64,000 nt of DNA from Kiloniellaceae bacterium (lineage in GTDB: Bacteria; Pseudomonadota; Alphaproteobacteria; Kiloniellales; J153), in the NCBI GenBank assembly GCA_021776055.1, contig JAJFGP010000144.1:865-64864 (forward strand), given 5' to 3'. Below are positions 10,065 to 19,011 of the stretch, piece after piece (the first letter of the stretch is position 1; every line of letters begins with the position of its first letter). Below the pieces are notes generated by a model. It did no database searches and was not told where the DNA came from. It worked only from the letters and a program-made list of their open reading frames with translations. Both the position numbers and the translations under genes were made by a program.

Positions 10065-10789
10065 CCGCCGTCCCCGCCCTGCACGCGGCGCTGGCGCGTG
10101 AGGATGAATTCGACCAGGCTCAGATCCCATTCGGTATCGATGCTGACGAAATTTCCCTCCAGAACAAGCGCTCCCGTGCGCCGCCCTTTGATCGTTTTCT
10201 GTTCGAGAATGCATTCGCGGGTCATGGCATAGCAAATGCCGTTGCGGTGATACACCGGTGTCAATTGTTGGCGCGCTATGATAGCCGCCCCCGCCGGGTC
10301 ATAGTAGTCGACCTTGCCATCAGCTACGGTCAATTGCTTGAGTGGGTGTCCCTTCGAGTCGGTTTCGGACACGCTCCATACGGCGTCCCAGTTTTCGTTT
10401 ATGAGCATTTCGATGCATGCCGTCACGTGTTCGGCTTGGCGCAAAGGTGAGGTGGGTTGCAACAGGACGATGGCGTCGTAGGTAACGCCGTCGATGCGCT
10501 CGATCTCGATCAGCGCGTGGGTCAGCACGTCGATATCACTGATGCGATCGCCGGATATTGCCGGTGGCCGGCGGAACGGCGCAGCAAGTCCAGACTCTTC
10601 GGCGACACGCGCGATTTCCTCGTGGTCGGTCGAAACCACGGCCCGGTCGATTATGGCGATGTCACGCGCTAAATGCCCGACCCGCGCCACCATCGGCACC
10701 CCGCCGACGAGCCGCAGGTTTTTCAAGAGGACGCCTTTGCTGCCACCACGCGCCGGCACCACGGCGAGAACACGCCTGCTTCCGATCAC
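10061..10789 (-). CDS. neuA: Acylneuraminate cytidylyltransferase (NeuA/CMP-ulosonate synthetase family)
   Basis: PARGGSKG..KN, VSTD, LQPTSPLR and SIDTEWD signatures. Confidence 0.9.
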   Translation of the reverse strand: MIGSRRVLAVVPARGGSKGVLLKNLRLVGGVPMVARVGHLARDIAIIDRAVVSTDHEEIARVAEESGLAAPFRRPPAISGDRISDIDVLTHALIEIERIDGVTYDAIVLLQPTSPLRQAEHVTACIEMLINENWDAVWSVSETDSKGHPLKQLTVADGKVDYYDPAGAAIIARQQLTPVYHRNGICYAMTRECILEQKTIKGRRTGALVLEGNFVSIDTEWDLSLVEFILTRQRRVQGGDGG

Positions 10790-11466
10790 GTGCCGCCCTT
10801 ACCTTTCACGGTCTCTTGCATCTTTCCTTCATAACGCGTCGAAAGCCCCTCGATCATGGCGGGAAGTTGCGACAAATCTGTTAGGGTTGGCACGTGGCAA
10901 GTCATTCCGACAGGGTTAGCAAAAACCCCTACAAAGGGACAGCCGGTCTGTTCGGCCGCCGCATGGTCGTCGGCGCCGTCGCCGACAACAACGAGCTCCC
11001 GAGGCGATACACCCAGCAGGGTCAGAATACGCCGCAAGTTCTCGGCCTTGGTCGCTGGGCCGCCGAAGACCCCGGCCAGCAACCGGCTGAGTCTGCGCGC
11101 CTGGACAATTGGCTGAAGGTCCGCTTCGGGCGTTGCGGAGTTGATGAACAGCTGGCACTGCTGCGCAGACAGCGCTTCCATCGCCGCCACGGCGCCCGGC
11201 ATATCCGGGCAAGCGTCGATAAGGGTCCTGCACCGATTGCTGTACTGCCGAGCCAGATTTTCGTCCGACCCGGAAGCAAGGCCGGCCATCCTGGCGAATC
11301 GCTCGAACACGGCATGACGGTCGCCGCAGTCGGGAGCGGAGAGTATCCGTTCCATGATGTCCCGACCGTCCGGTATGGCGTCGACGGCGGCGAAAAAGCT
11401 GTCTCGTTTGATGTGGTTTGAGTCAACCAAGGTGCCATCGAAGTCAAACACGACGCAGCGGATCAT
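10786..11466 (-). CDS. HAD-superfamily phosphatase
   Basis: FDFDGTLVDS motif I, INS motif II, K, and VGDGADD motif IV. Confidence 0.9.
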   Translation of the reverse strand: MIRCVVFDFDGTLVDSNHIKRDSFFAAVDAIPDGRDIMERILSAPDCGDRHAVFERFARMAGLASGSDENLARQYSNRCRTLIDACPDMPGAVAAMEALSAQQCQLFINSATPEADLQPIVQARRLSRLLAGVFGGPATKAENLRRILTLLGVSPRELVVVGDGADDHAAAEQTGCPFVGVFANPVGMTCHVPTLTDLSQLPAMIEGLSTRYEGKMQETVKGKGGT

Positions 11467-11750
11467 TGGGACAAACCGGAGACAACGGCGATAACCGCAT
11501 CGCTCAGCCCTGCAGCTTCCAGGCTCTGTCTATAGCCGGCATCGACCGAGGTAAAGACCCATGCGTACTCCGCGTTGCCGCTGGGCATTTCACACTGTAG
11601 CCAATTGAGATGGTTTCCCAGGCCGTACCGCTGGTGCGCCATCATGGCTTCGATCTTGAGACTGTGCGAACAGAGCAAACGCTCCAGCGAGGCTTTCGAA
11701 TAGTAGTAGGGGTGCTGCTTCTGAAAGCAGTGGTTGGTATACGTCGACAC
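11463..11750 (-). pseudogene. C-terminal fragment of a class I methyltransferase
   Basis: HPYYYSKASL...HQRYGLGNHLNWL...YRQSLEAAGLSDAV aligns by eye with the C-terminus of 16981..17910 (HRWYFDATSL...HRYGMANALLWL...WKSYLEASGRSDTL). No SAM motif I. Confidence 0.7.
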
Positions 11751-11777
11751 CTTACTTCGGGACGATATTCTACTAGA

Positions 11778-13292
11778 TTAGCGCTTAAAAATTTCGATAT
11801 AATTCTTGTTTTTAGGGGCTCCGTTAAACCACCGATTCGGTAATAGGTCAGGCGAGGTTCCCGATACACAGCCTGTGACGATTCGAAATGTATTGACCGA
11901 CGTGAGTTCGGGATGAAGCTCTTTCCGGCAATCCAGGCCGGGTGGAATTCGCCAAGCGTTCAATATACTGAAGCTTTGCTCCCACGTATTATCAGCCCGC
12001 CAATCTTGCCATTCCACGCCAATTTTAGGGCCGTGGTCCGACTGCAAAACAATGATGGCATCGGAATCACGATCAAGGATCGTATCAATCAGTTCCAGAG
12101 TTCCGATATTTGCGCATTCCACTTGTTCAATATAGCCCTTGTATAAATCTTCGTTGGTCTTTTGTTGTGCTGGATTGATGGGCTCACATGTTCGAGTAAA
12201 TCGGTGTGGGGTGTGCGGAATCAGCATGTGAATATGTGCAAACACCGGTTTTTGCGTTTTCAGGCCCGCAAGAAAATCGCGGACGTCCCATAATTCATAA
12301 TATTTTGGGATTAGACTAAAATCACCAAAGAACAGAACATCTATAAGACTGTAAAATGGTGTAAGTCTAATTAGGTTACTTTCCAGTTCGCCAAAAATAA
12401 TATTACTACGCGAAAAACAGTAATCAGGAGAGCCTGACGCGCAATCGGCGCCATGATATCGCATCAGTGCAGTATAATAACCGGCCTTTTGAAAAAATTC
12501 GAAAACCCGCCCTCCACCATTATATATTACCCTGGCTTTCTCATTGTCCTGCGGGGCAGACACGCCCTGAAACATATAACTCATGTCCAATACACTGGGA
12601 ATAGACGCGGCAGTAACCCAGTAGTTGGACATGGCCTTATCGGCTACATAGAAACCGCGATCTGCAAGCTGTTGAAGAAAAATACTATTATCGAAACCGT
12701 ATATCTTTTGGAGAACATCCGCGCGGCCATATTCATCGAGAATTATGTGATAGACACCGGGTAATCCCCCGCTGTTCTTGACTGAAATGGCCTCAATTTG
12801 CTCGGCAGTATTTTTCTCTGCGGCCATGAGATCTTGCACTTGATAAGTTAAATACCGGGCTGTCGGGACAACAATCAAGACGACCCCTAAAACAAAAACC
12901 AAATTTTGAAACAGGGGCGCTCTGGACAGATACCACGCGAGTAAAAACATGATGACGGCAAACGCTGCCCAGCTTTTCAAGTAGTAACCCTGCCAAAGTT
13001 CATGGGCGAGTGAATAGGTTATGGAGTAGGAAAAGAAACTAATAATGCTAACGGCAACAATAGCCCCGGCACGATTCCAACTTAGGGTTTTGCCAAAAAC
13101 TATCCGGAATATAAGAAATCCGAGAATTGCTGCGAGCAACGTTACGACGCCATACAAGCCGAGCCGCAGCAGCGAGTAATTTTCATCTCGATTAATGTCG
13201 AGAAAATTCAGAAATGGCCAGATGGCCGGAAACGAAATCGTAGCAATTGCCTTGGCGCGCTCGACCCATGTGGCGGTTGTTTTAGTTTGCAT
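11778..13292 (-). CDS. Membrane protein with about 5 TM helices and a periplasmic alkaline-phosphatase/sulfatase-like (LtaS/EptA-type) domain
   Basis: Hydrophobic N-terminus; YHIILDEY (metal Asp/Glu), PHTPHRF and QSDHGP motifs. Markedly low GC. Start ATG 13292 (ORF track 13370). Confidence 0.75.
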   Translation of the reverse strand: MQTKTTATWVERAKAIATISFPAIWPFLNFLDINRDENYSLLRLGLYGVVTLLAAILGFLIFRIVFGKTLSWNRAGAIVAVSIISFFSYSITYSLAHELWQGYYLKSWAAFAVIMFLLAWYLSRAPLFQNLVFVLGVVLIVVPTARYLTYQVQDLMAAEKNTAEQIEAISVKNSGGLPGVYHIILDEYGRADVLQKIYGFDNSIFLQQLADRGFYVADKAMSNYWVTAASIPSVLDMSYMFQGVSAPQDNEKARVIYNGGGRVFEFFQKAGYYTALMRYHGADCASGSPDYCFSRSNIIFGELESNLIRLTPFYSLIDVLFFGDFSLIPKYYELWDVRDFLAGLKTQKPVFAHIHMLIPHTPHRFTRTCEPINPAQQKTNEDLYKGYIEQVECANIGTLELIDTILDRDSDAIIVLQSDHGPKIGVEWQDWRADNTWEQSFSILNAWRIPPGLDCRKELHPELTSVNTFRIVTGCVSGTSPDLLPNRWFNGAPKNKNYIEIFKR

Positions 13293-13458
13293 GTCGTTGA
13301 TACGAACATCCTCTCTCAAATTGTGCAGAGAAAACCCGATCCGGTCATCATGACGCACTGAATCCGGCAAGACCGAACCCCACTCATCCGGACCGCAACT
13401 AACTTTAACCGGGGATTCTTATTTGATGCAGAATTGTCGAGTGCAGATAGGTATACCG

Positions 13459-14907
13459 TCAGGCCTTCTTCTGACGGATCAGGCACAGACGCCGTCTGCC
13501 ACCACCAATCTCGGTCACTTTTTCAATATCAAAGTTCTGTTCAAGCGCATACTTGAAGTGATCCCATGTGTAGTGATCAAACACATCCCGACGGTTTTGC
13601 AGCAGCGTTGCAACCATGGGATCGCTTTTGTCTACCCACTCGACAACGCCGCCATCCGCCAAGACGGATAGCGCTTCAACAAAGTTCTCAAGCGGTATAT
13701 TCCCGCTGATGGCAATATGATGGACGAGCGCCAACGCCAGAAAGGCATCGCCCCGAATGCGATCGAACAGAGGCATGCGCTCCTGCATCATCCAGCCAAT
13801 ACCCGGCGACGGGTTCAGCATATTGGCAATGATGGGAAAGATGTTTTCGATATTGTCGCGGCGGCCCTGGCGGTACAGTCGATCGATGCAAGCTGCATCG
13901 AAATCGAGCGAGACAACACTGTTTGCACTCTCCGACGCTATTCGACTGTAGACGCCAGTATTGCACCCAATATCGATGACGCGTCCGGGATTATGGGTTT
14001 CCAGCATGGATCGTACGAAGGCCATTTTTTCGGCCTCTTCATCCGCATCGTAGGAGTGGGAGTCTGTGTAATCGATCCAGGTAGAGTCGGTGGTGTTGGG
14101 GGTCACTTTGTTAAGAATTTTTCGTAACCCTCTGACATTGGAAAGAATGAGCTCTTTGCCAAAGTGGCTTTCGTGATAGCTGCGCTTGGCGTTGAATTCG
14201 CTTTTCCTGAATGAACGCTGGAGCATGGCCTGCAGCTTTACGTGTTTGAGAACGCCTGTCTTGTAGATATCGCTAAAAGAGAAAAGCCCATCCGCTACTT
14301 CGATGCTCATTCCGTTCAGGCTTCCACGCAGAAAATCGTGGACGTCAATTTTTTTATGGGCACTCAGCAGCAAGGGAAACAGGAACTCTCGACAAAACTG
14401 TGCATAGCCCTCCCAGGGCGCGCCTTTTTCATAACTATCGATAGACAAGACATCGATGAGAACGGGTCGTCCTTTATAGAGGGCAATATTGTAGGGTGTA
14501 GCGTCTTTCAGGATACAGTCGAAGGCGAGGCAGCGTTCAATGATCTCCAGGGTGACCAATGCGGCATCCCGCAACAAAGAAAAGGGCCATTCATAGCAAT
14601 AGCTCATCACCGCAATGCGGTCATGTTGCAGAATGGTTGAGCTGGCGCCCTCTATATCGATCCCCTCATCCATAACCGAAACCAGCCGGGTGGGAACCAT
14701 CAGGCCTGCTTCGACAAGGGATGCTAGATGGCCCAGTTCATCGAGGCGCTGCATGCGCTCTGCCGCCGGTCCGGAAAGGCTGCGACAAACGGTGTCGCCG
14801 AGATAGAATATTCGCCCGTCTGGATCTTTGAATGATCCCGGTTCAAACTGGATGGAATCGGACAGGTTGGAATGTTCGCTTTCAGTTAGTATTTGTTTGG
14901 TTCTCAT
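13459..14907 (-). CDS. NoeA-like protein: kinase-like N-domain plus class I SAM methyltransferase
   Basis: SFKDPDG, SYCYEWPFSLLRDAAL, LKDATPYNI and WEGYAQFC resemble rhizobial NoeA; IDIGCNTG SAM motif. Start ATG 14907. Confidence 0.8.
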   Translation of the reverse strand: MRTKQILTESEHSNLSDSIQFEPGSFKDPDGRIFYLGDTVCRSLSGPAAERMQRLDELGHLASLVEAGLMVPTRLVSVMDEGIDIEGASSTILQHDRIAVMSYCYEWPFSLLRDAALVTLEIIERCLAFDCILKDATPYNIALYKGRPVLIDVLSIDSYEKGAPWEGYAQFCREFLFPLLLSAHKKIDVHDFLRGSLNGMSIEVADGLFSFSDIYKTGVLKHVKLQAMLQRSFRKSEFNAKRSYHESHFGKELILSNVRGLRKILNKVTPNTTDSTWIDYTDSHSYDADEEAEKMAFVRSMLETHNPGRVIDIGCNTGVYSRIASESANSVVSLDFDAACIDRLYRQGRRDNIENIFPIIANMLNPSPGIGWMMQERMPLFDRIRGDAFLALALVHHIAISGNIPLENFVEALSVLADGGVVEWVDKSDPMVATLLQNRRDVFDHYTWDHFKYALEQNFDIEKVTEIGGGRRRLCLIRQKKA

Positions 14908-15223
14908 CTTTATCGCCCTGGGCCTGGGTCCGGCGGCCAAACAGACCAGCAATGAGCGATTTGATTTTCGCAAAATACAGCTTGCCAACCACCAGCGCAC
15001 CAGCAACCCCGCCAAGCAGCAACTGTAGCATCATGGCGCCTGTGCCAGGGTCGAGATAGGCATGGGCCGGTTTGATTGACATAAACAAAATCAAACATGC
15101 GAAAACGGAGATGCCGCGGACACACTGTATAAAACAGCGGAATTTGCCGGCCAGACCCATAAAACAAATACTTCCCAAATAACCTTGAGTCCCATGGCGA
15201 TCATACCCAAATTGCACCGTCAT
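14882..15223 (-). CDS. Small signal-peptide/membrane protein with a YLDPGTG motif
   Basis: Hydrophobic stretch, AHA-YLDPGTG (AxA signal-peptidase site), second TM helix and basic tail. True start may be 15160 or 15082. Confidence 0.75.
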   Translation of the reverse strand: MTVQFGYDRHGTQGYLGSICFMGLAGKFRCFIQCVRGISVFACLILFMSIKPAHAYLDPGTGAMMLQLLLGGVAGALVVGKLYFAKIKSLIAGLFGRRTQAQGDKDENQTNTN

Positions 15224-15415
15224 TCAAATAGTTCCACCTACGCAGTCGTCTGAATCTAGATTCTGGTATTTCGGCTGTGGTCGGAAGCCCATTCGGCCAA
15301 TTTTGCCGTCATCCAGACACACCCCTCCCGTCGTTTCTACCTTGCCGCGGCGTAGCAGCCTGAATTCCTCGTCACAGAACGGAGCCGGCAGGGCGGAAAG
15401 ATCGAGTCCGGTCAT
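15224..15415 (-). pseudogene. 63-aa coupled ORF, possible N-terminal remnant of the methyltransferase whose C-terminus is at 11463..11750
   Basis: ATG 15415 overlaps the NeuB-family stop (ATGA): MTGLDLSALPAPFCDEEFRLLRRGKVETTG...FRPQPKYQNL. Ends at the edge of the low-GC cassette. Confidence 0.35.
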
Positions 15416-16965
15416 GCCGCCGGCTTGCCCATCATGTCCGGTAACTGAAAGCGTCCCCAATGGTCGACTATGGTCTTGCGCTCCTCCCGGTCTAGCTTTT
15501 TGATCGCCGGGTCGCGATAGACCGAATCGTCGTTGAAATGCGTGGTGGAGACTTCCTCGAACACGCAGCCGGTCTCGCTCCAGAAGCGATGCCAAACGCC
15601 CGGCATAACAAGCTGGGTGTCGCCGGGCTTCAGGACCTTATGGCGGCCATCGAGTTCGGTGTGCAGCTCGCCCCACAAAATCTGAAAGGTCTCTTCCTTG
15701 CGTTTGTGGTAGTGGGAAGGGTGAGCCTGGTCCGGCAATTGAACCAGTATCTTTTTGCAGTACTCCCGGTTGATGCAATTGATGATCACGGTGCCTGTTT
15801 CCCGAAAATGACGAATACCATGGTGATGGGAGTATTCGACTGCAAACTCGCTGCTAAGCGGGATTCGGGCCAGATTTAGGAGCGCCTTGACTTCATGAAC
15901 CGCATGCTTGAGCACCTGGACGTCCGGCGTTTGCGGAATTTCCACGGCCTCCATCATGACCGCGCCGTCGGCCGGAATATCGACAAGCGCCGGGATGCCG
16001 GTCTTCCATTGCCCACTCGACAACTGCCCCGCCGTGAACGGCATGGCGAAGTAAACGTGGCCGCGTGTGATGACAGTGCCTTTCTCGATGGGCTCGCGAG
16101 CAAAAACACCGCGCTGGAGACCGGCGATGGCATCGCGCTCTTCCGGTGCTGGCGGCAGCCGGTCGTATGACCCACACAGGACATGCGCCTTCTGCCACGC
16201 GCCTATCCACGCGTCGATTTGTTCGGGGGTGGAGGAATAGGCGTTGAGCGTGATCTTGTCCGTCGTCAGGCCGATGTGCCGCTCGAACATTTGTGCGCCT
16301 TTGGCAGCGGCAATCATCACCGGGCTGGTATCGGCCGGGTCCTCATGGGTGGACCATCCTATGACGCAGTCTGGATAGCGTTCTCGGAACGCCGTTACGT
16401 TGCTGAGATTGCATTGCCTGTCCGGGGTCGGATAGATCGAGACACAATGCATAATCGCATGGTCGACCCCACGGTGATCGAAAAAGCTTTTCAGATCATC
16501 GATCTGGTGTAGTTCCAGTCCGCCCGTTGAGAAGATGACCGGCTTGCCCGTGGCGGCGATCGCTTCGAGTAGAGGCCAATCAGTGGCCGAGCAACTGGCC
16601 ACTTTGAGGACGTCAAAGCCCATGTCGACGATGACATCCACGGAGTCTTCGTCGAATGGTGTACAGATCGCGATAAGCCCCTGCAAACGGACTTCGTCCA
16701 ACAAAATCTGAAATGCGGCGCGGTCGAGCTGTGTGCCGAGGAATCGGGGAATGTGTTTGTTGGTGCTGCCAACCTTGTGGTTCGGGTGAACGAAGCTGTC
16801 CAGCTGGCGGAATTGAAATTTGATGGCGCCACGCACCTGCCGCGCCTTCAGGATGACGGCGTGCTGTCTGATGATATTCAATCCGTGTTCGACATCGCCT
16901 TGGTGATTGTTCGCCAGGTCGAGGACGATCAAGTCCTCGAAGTCGAAGTTGTTCTCAATAATCAT
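15412..16965 (-). CDS. NeuB-family ulosonate synthase with SAF domain and C-terminal cupin (D-lyxose isomerase-like) domain
   Basis: DLANNHQG, KFQ, TPFD, KVAS, STGG, HCVSIYP, GWSTHE and ERH NeuB motifs; C-terminal HPSHYHKRKEETF...WHRF...EEVST...YRDP cupin. Confidence 0.88.
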   Translation of the reverse strand: MIIENNFDFEDLIVLDLANNHQGDVEHGLNIIRQHAVILKARQVRGAIKFQFRQLDSFVHPNHKVGSTNKHIPRFLGTQLDRAAFQILLDEVRLQGLIAICTPFDEDSVDVIVDMGFDVLKVASCSATDWPLLEAIAATGKPVIFSTGGLELHQIDDLKSFFDHRGVDHAIMHCVSIYPTPDRQCNLSNVTAFRERYPDCVIGWSTHEDPADTSPVMIAAAKGAQMFERHIGLTTDKITLNAYSSTPEQIDAWIGAWQKAHVLCGSYDRLPPAPEERDAIAGLQRGVFAREPIEKGTVITRGHVYFAMPFTAGQLSSGQWKTGIPALVDIPADGAVMMEAVEIPQTPDVQVLKHAVHEVKALLNLARIPLSSEFAVEYSHHHGIRHFRETGTVIINCINREYCKKILVQLPDQAHPSHYHKRKEETFQILWGELHTELDGRHKVLKPGDTQLVMPGVWHRFWSETGCVFEEVSTTHFNDDSVYRDPAIKKLDREERKTIVDHWGRFQLPDMMGKPAA

Positions 16966-16980
16966 GGTCTCAGATCACCT

Positions 16981-17910
16981 TCAGTCTCGATTTTCGTGCC
17001 CCGCGCCGGGACTCAGCGTCATAAATAGCGTGTCCGAACGGCCCGATGCTTCCAGATAGGACTTCCAGAAACCGTCGGCCAAGCTGTCGATACCGGCAAG
17101 CATCGCATCGCCTTTGGGGCGCCGGTCGCGGAGCCACAGCAGGGCGTTGGCCATGCCGTAGCGGTGCAGGTGGCGGGTCTCGTCCACCGCGAAGCCGGCC
17201 TGGGCCGCACAGCGCGCCAGCGACGTGGCATCGAAGTACCAGCGGTGCGCGACCCGGTAAAAGAACGCGGGAAAGGCGTCGGGCAACAGATCCAGCAGGA
17301 CGTCGGCGCGGTTGGGCGTGCTGATCACCACGCGACCGTCGGGCTTCATCAGCGCGCGTATGCCGACGAGGAACGCGCGTGGATCGCGCACATGCTCGAT
17401 GACCTGAAGGCTGACCGCGACGTCGGCGATGGGCCCGAGCGTGTCTGCCGCGTCAGCCGCATAGGCATAGGTCTCGTAGCCGCGCGCCGCGAGCGAGGTC
17501 TGGAAATGGCGGGCCGGCTCGATGGCGATTGTGCGTCCCGCGACCCCGCGGACGTGATCGAGGAAGCTGCCGCCACTAGCTCCCACGTCGGCCACCAAGA
17601 GGTCACGGAGCCGGTGCGGGTGAATGGCATTCAGGGCATGGAGCTGTAGATGATCGTGGCCGGCGAAGTGGGCGGTGAGGTCGGTTCCCTGTTCGAGATG
17701 TTCCCGGTATGCATCGCTTTCGTAATCATCCTCGGCCAGGCAGTGAAACTCGTCCAGCCGGTGCGCGCCGCAGCCGGCGCAGGCGGCCACCGTGGCGTCG
17801 TCGCGGTGATTGCCAAAGGCGCCATCGCGCACGGCTCCCTCGTAGACGGCGCTCCAATCGCGCGTGCCGCAGATTTCGCAGGCGTCGAACCTATCGAGCG
17901 CGGTGCTCAT
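16981..17910 (-). CDS. Class I SAM methyltransferase with N-terminal Zn-ribbon
   Basis: CEIC...CAGC; DVGASGG; QVIEHV; ISTPN. Confidence 0.85.
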   Translation of the reverse strand: MSTALDRFDACEICGTRDWSAVYEGAVRDGAFGNHRDDATVAACAGCGAHRLDEFHCLAEDDYESDAYREHLEQGTDLTAHFAGHDHLQLHALNAIHPHRLRDLLVADVGASGGSFLDHVRGVAGRTIAIEPARHFQTSLAARGYETYAYAADAADTLGPIADVAVSLQVIEHVRDPRAFLVGIRALMKPDGRVVISTPNRADVLLDLLPDAFPAFFYRVAHRWYFDATSLARCAAQAGFAVDETRHLHRYGMANALLWLRDRRPKGDAMLAGIDSLADGFWKSYLEASGRSDTLFMTLSPGAGHENRD

Positions 17911-18998
17911 GCGACGAGCGCGGCCAGGGTGTAGCCCTTGGCATAGTCGATGTGCACGGCGCGCTTCTCGCGTGCTGAACGGTGGGCAGCGGCGACCACC
18001 AGCATGGTATCGAGACCCCGCTCGAGCGTTATCGGCGAGCGCTGCGGCTCGCTCGCCAGGGCGGCGACCACATGCCGCAGTTCAAGGATGAAATCGTCCG
18101 GTCGGGTTTTTTGGATCATATGCTCCCACGTTGGTCCCGATGGATCGCCCTTAATCACTGCATCGCAGCCGGGTTGGTAGCCGCAATGCCACTCAACAAA
18201 GCCGTCGGCTCCCTGGATCCGACCCCATTTCCGCGGCGGATTGGTGACCACGTCCTGGACGACGCGGCCGCTGAGGCCCGATTCGGTGGTGAGATTGAGG
18301 AGACAAAGCCGGTCGTATGCCACCGAGTCGTCCTCGACATAATCAAGTGCTGCCGAAACTTCGACCACCCGGCCGGCGCCGACCAGATTGGCAAAATGTT
18401 GCCACAGATTGAGTGCGTGCGAATGTTCACCGCTGGCCCCCCCACCTCTGGCCGAATGGCCGAGATAGCTGTCGCCGGGCCCTGCCAGCCAGGGGTGCGC
18501 GGCAAAGATTCCGCCCCAATGTTCGCGGAATTCGACATCGATGGTCACGACCTGTCCCACAACGCCGGCGCGGAGAATTTCCGCGATGTGTTCGCTTGCC
18601 TGTCCGACGACGTGATCATAGCCACAGAATACCGGCACGCCGCGCTCAGCCGATAGCTCGAAGAGTTCCTGGGCGTGGTCCAGGTGCGGCGGGCAAAGTG
18701 GTTTTTCGACGAGGACCGCCCGCGGCGCCTCGCGAATCGCCTCGAGGGCGAGGTCTATGTGCGACTCCGGCGGTGTGCCGATGACGATCAGGTCGTAATT
18801 TCCTTGCGGCGCAGAGCCTACATCGAACAGCTTAATGGCGTCGTCCCAGGCGCCATATCGCCCTGGATAGATTTCCTCTTTCGCGCGGCGTAGCGCAGCG
18901 GCGTCCACATCACAAAGATCAACGCTCCAACCCAGGCGTCGGGCGGCATGGGACAAATGGTTGCCGATTGAGCCGGCACCGAAGACTTTGACTCTCAT
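17907..18998 (-). CDS. Gfo/Idh/MocA family oxidoreductase
   Basis: GAGSIG, GTPPESH, VEKP and EHSH motifs. Start ATG 18998. Confidence 0.85.
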   Translation of the reverse strand: MRVKVFGAGSIGNHLSHAARRLGWSVDLCDVDAAALRRAKEEIYPGRYGAWDDAIKLFDVGSAPQGNYDLIVIGTPPESHIDLALEAIREAPRAVLVEKPLCPPHLDHAQELFELSAERGVPVFCGYDHVVGQASEHIAEILRAGVVGQVVTIDVEFREHWGGIFAAHPWLAGPGDSYLGHSARGGGASGEHSHALNLWQHFANLVGAGRVVEVSAALDYVEDDSVAYDRLCLLNLTTESGLSGRVVQDVVTNPPRKWGRIQGADGFVEWHCGYQPGCDAVIKGDPSGPTWEHMIQKTRPDDFILELRHVVAALASEPQRSPITLERGLDTMLVVAAAHRSAREKRAVHIDYAKGYTLAALVA

Positions 18999-19011
18999 GA
19001 CATGCCGCCAA

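Noticed and set aside
14882-15223. Small ORF as a RiPP precursor for the radical SAM/SPASM enzymes
   Set aside because: It has a signal peptide plus TM architecture, lies more than 20 kb from the rSAMs, and no RRE/PqqD or peptidase is present; the context is sugar metabolism.
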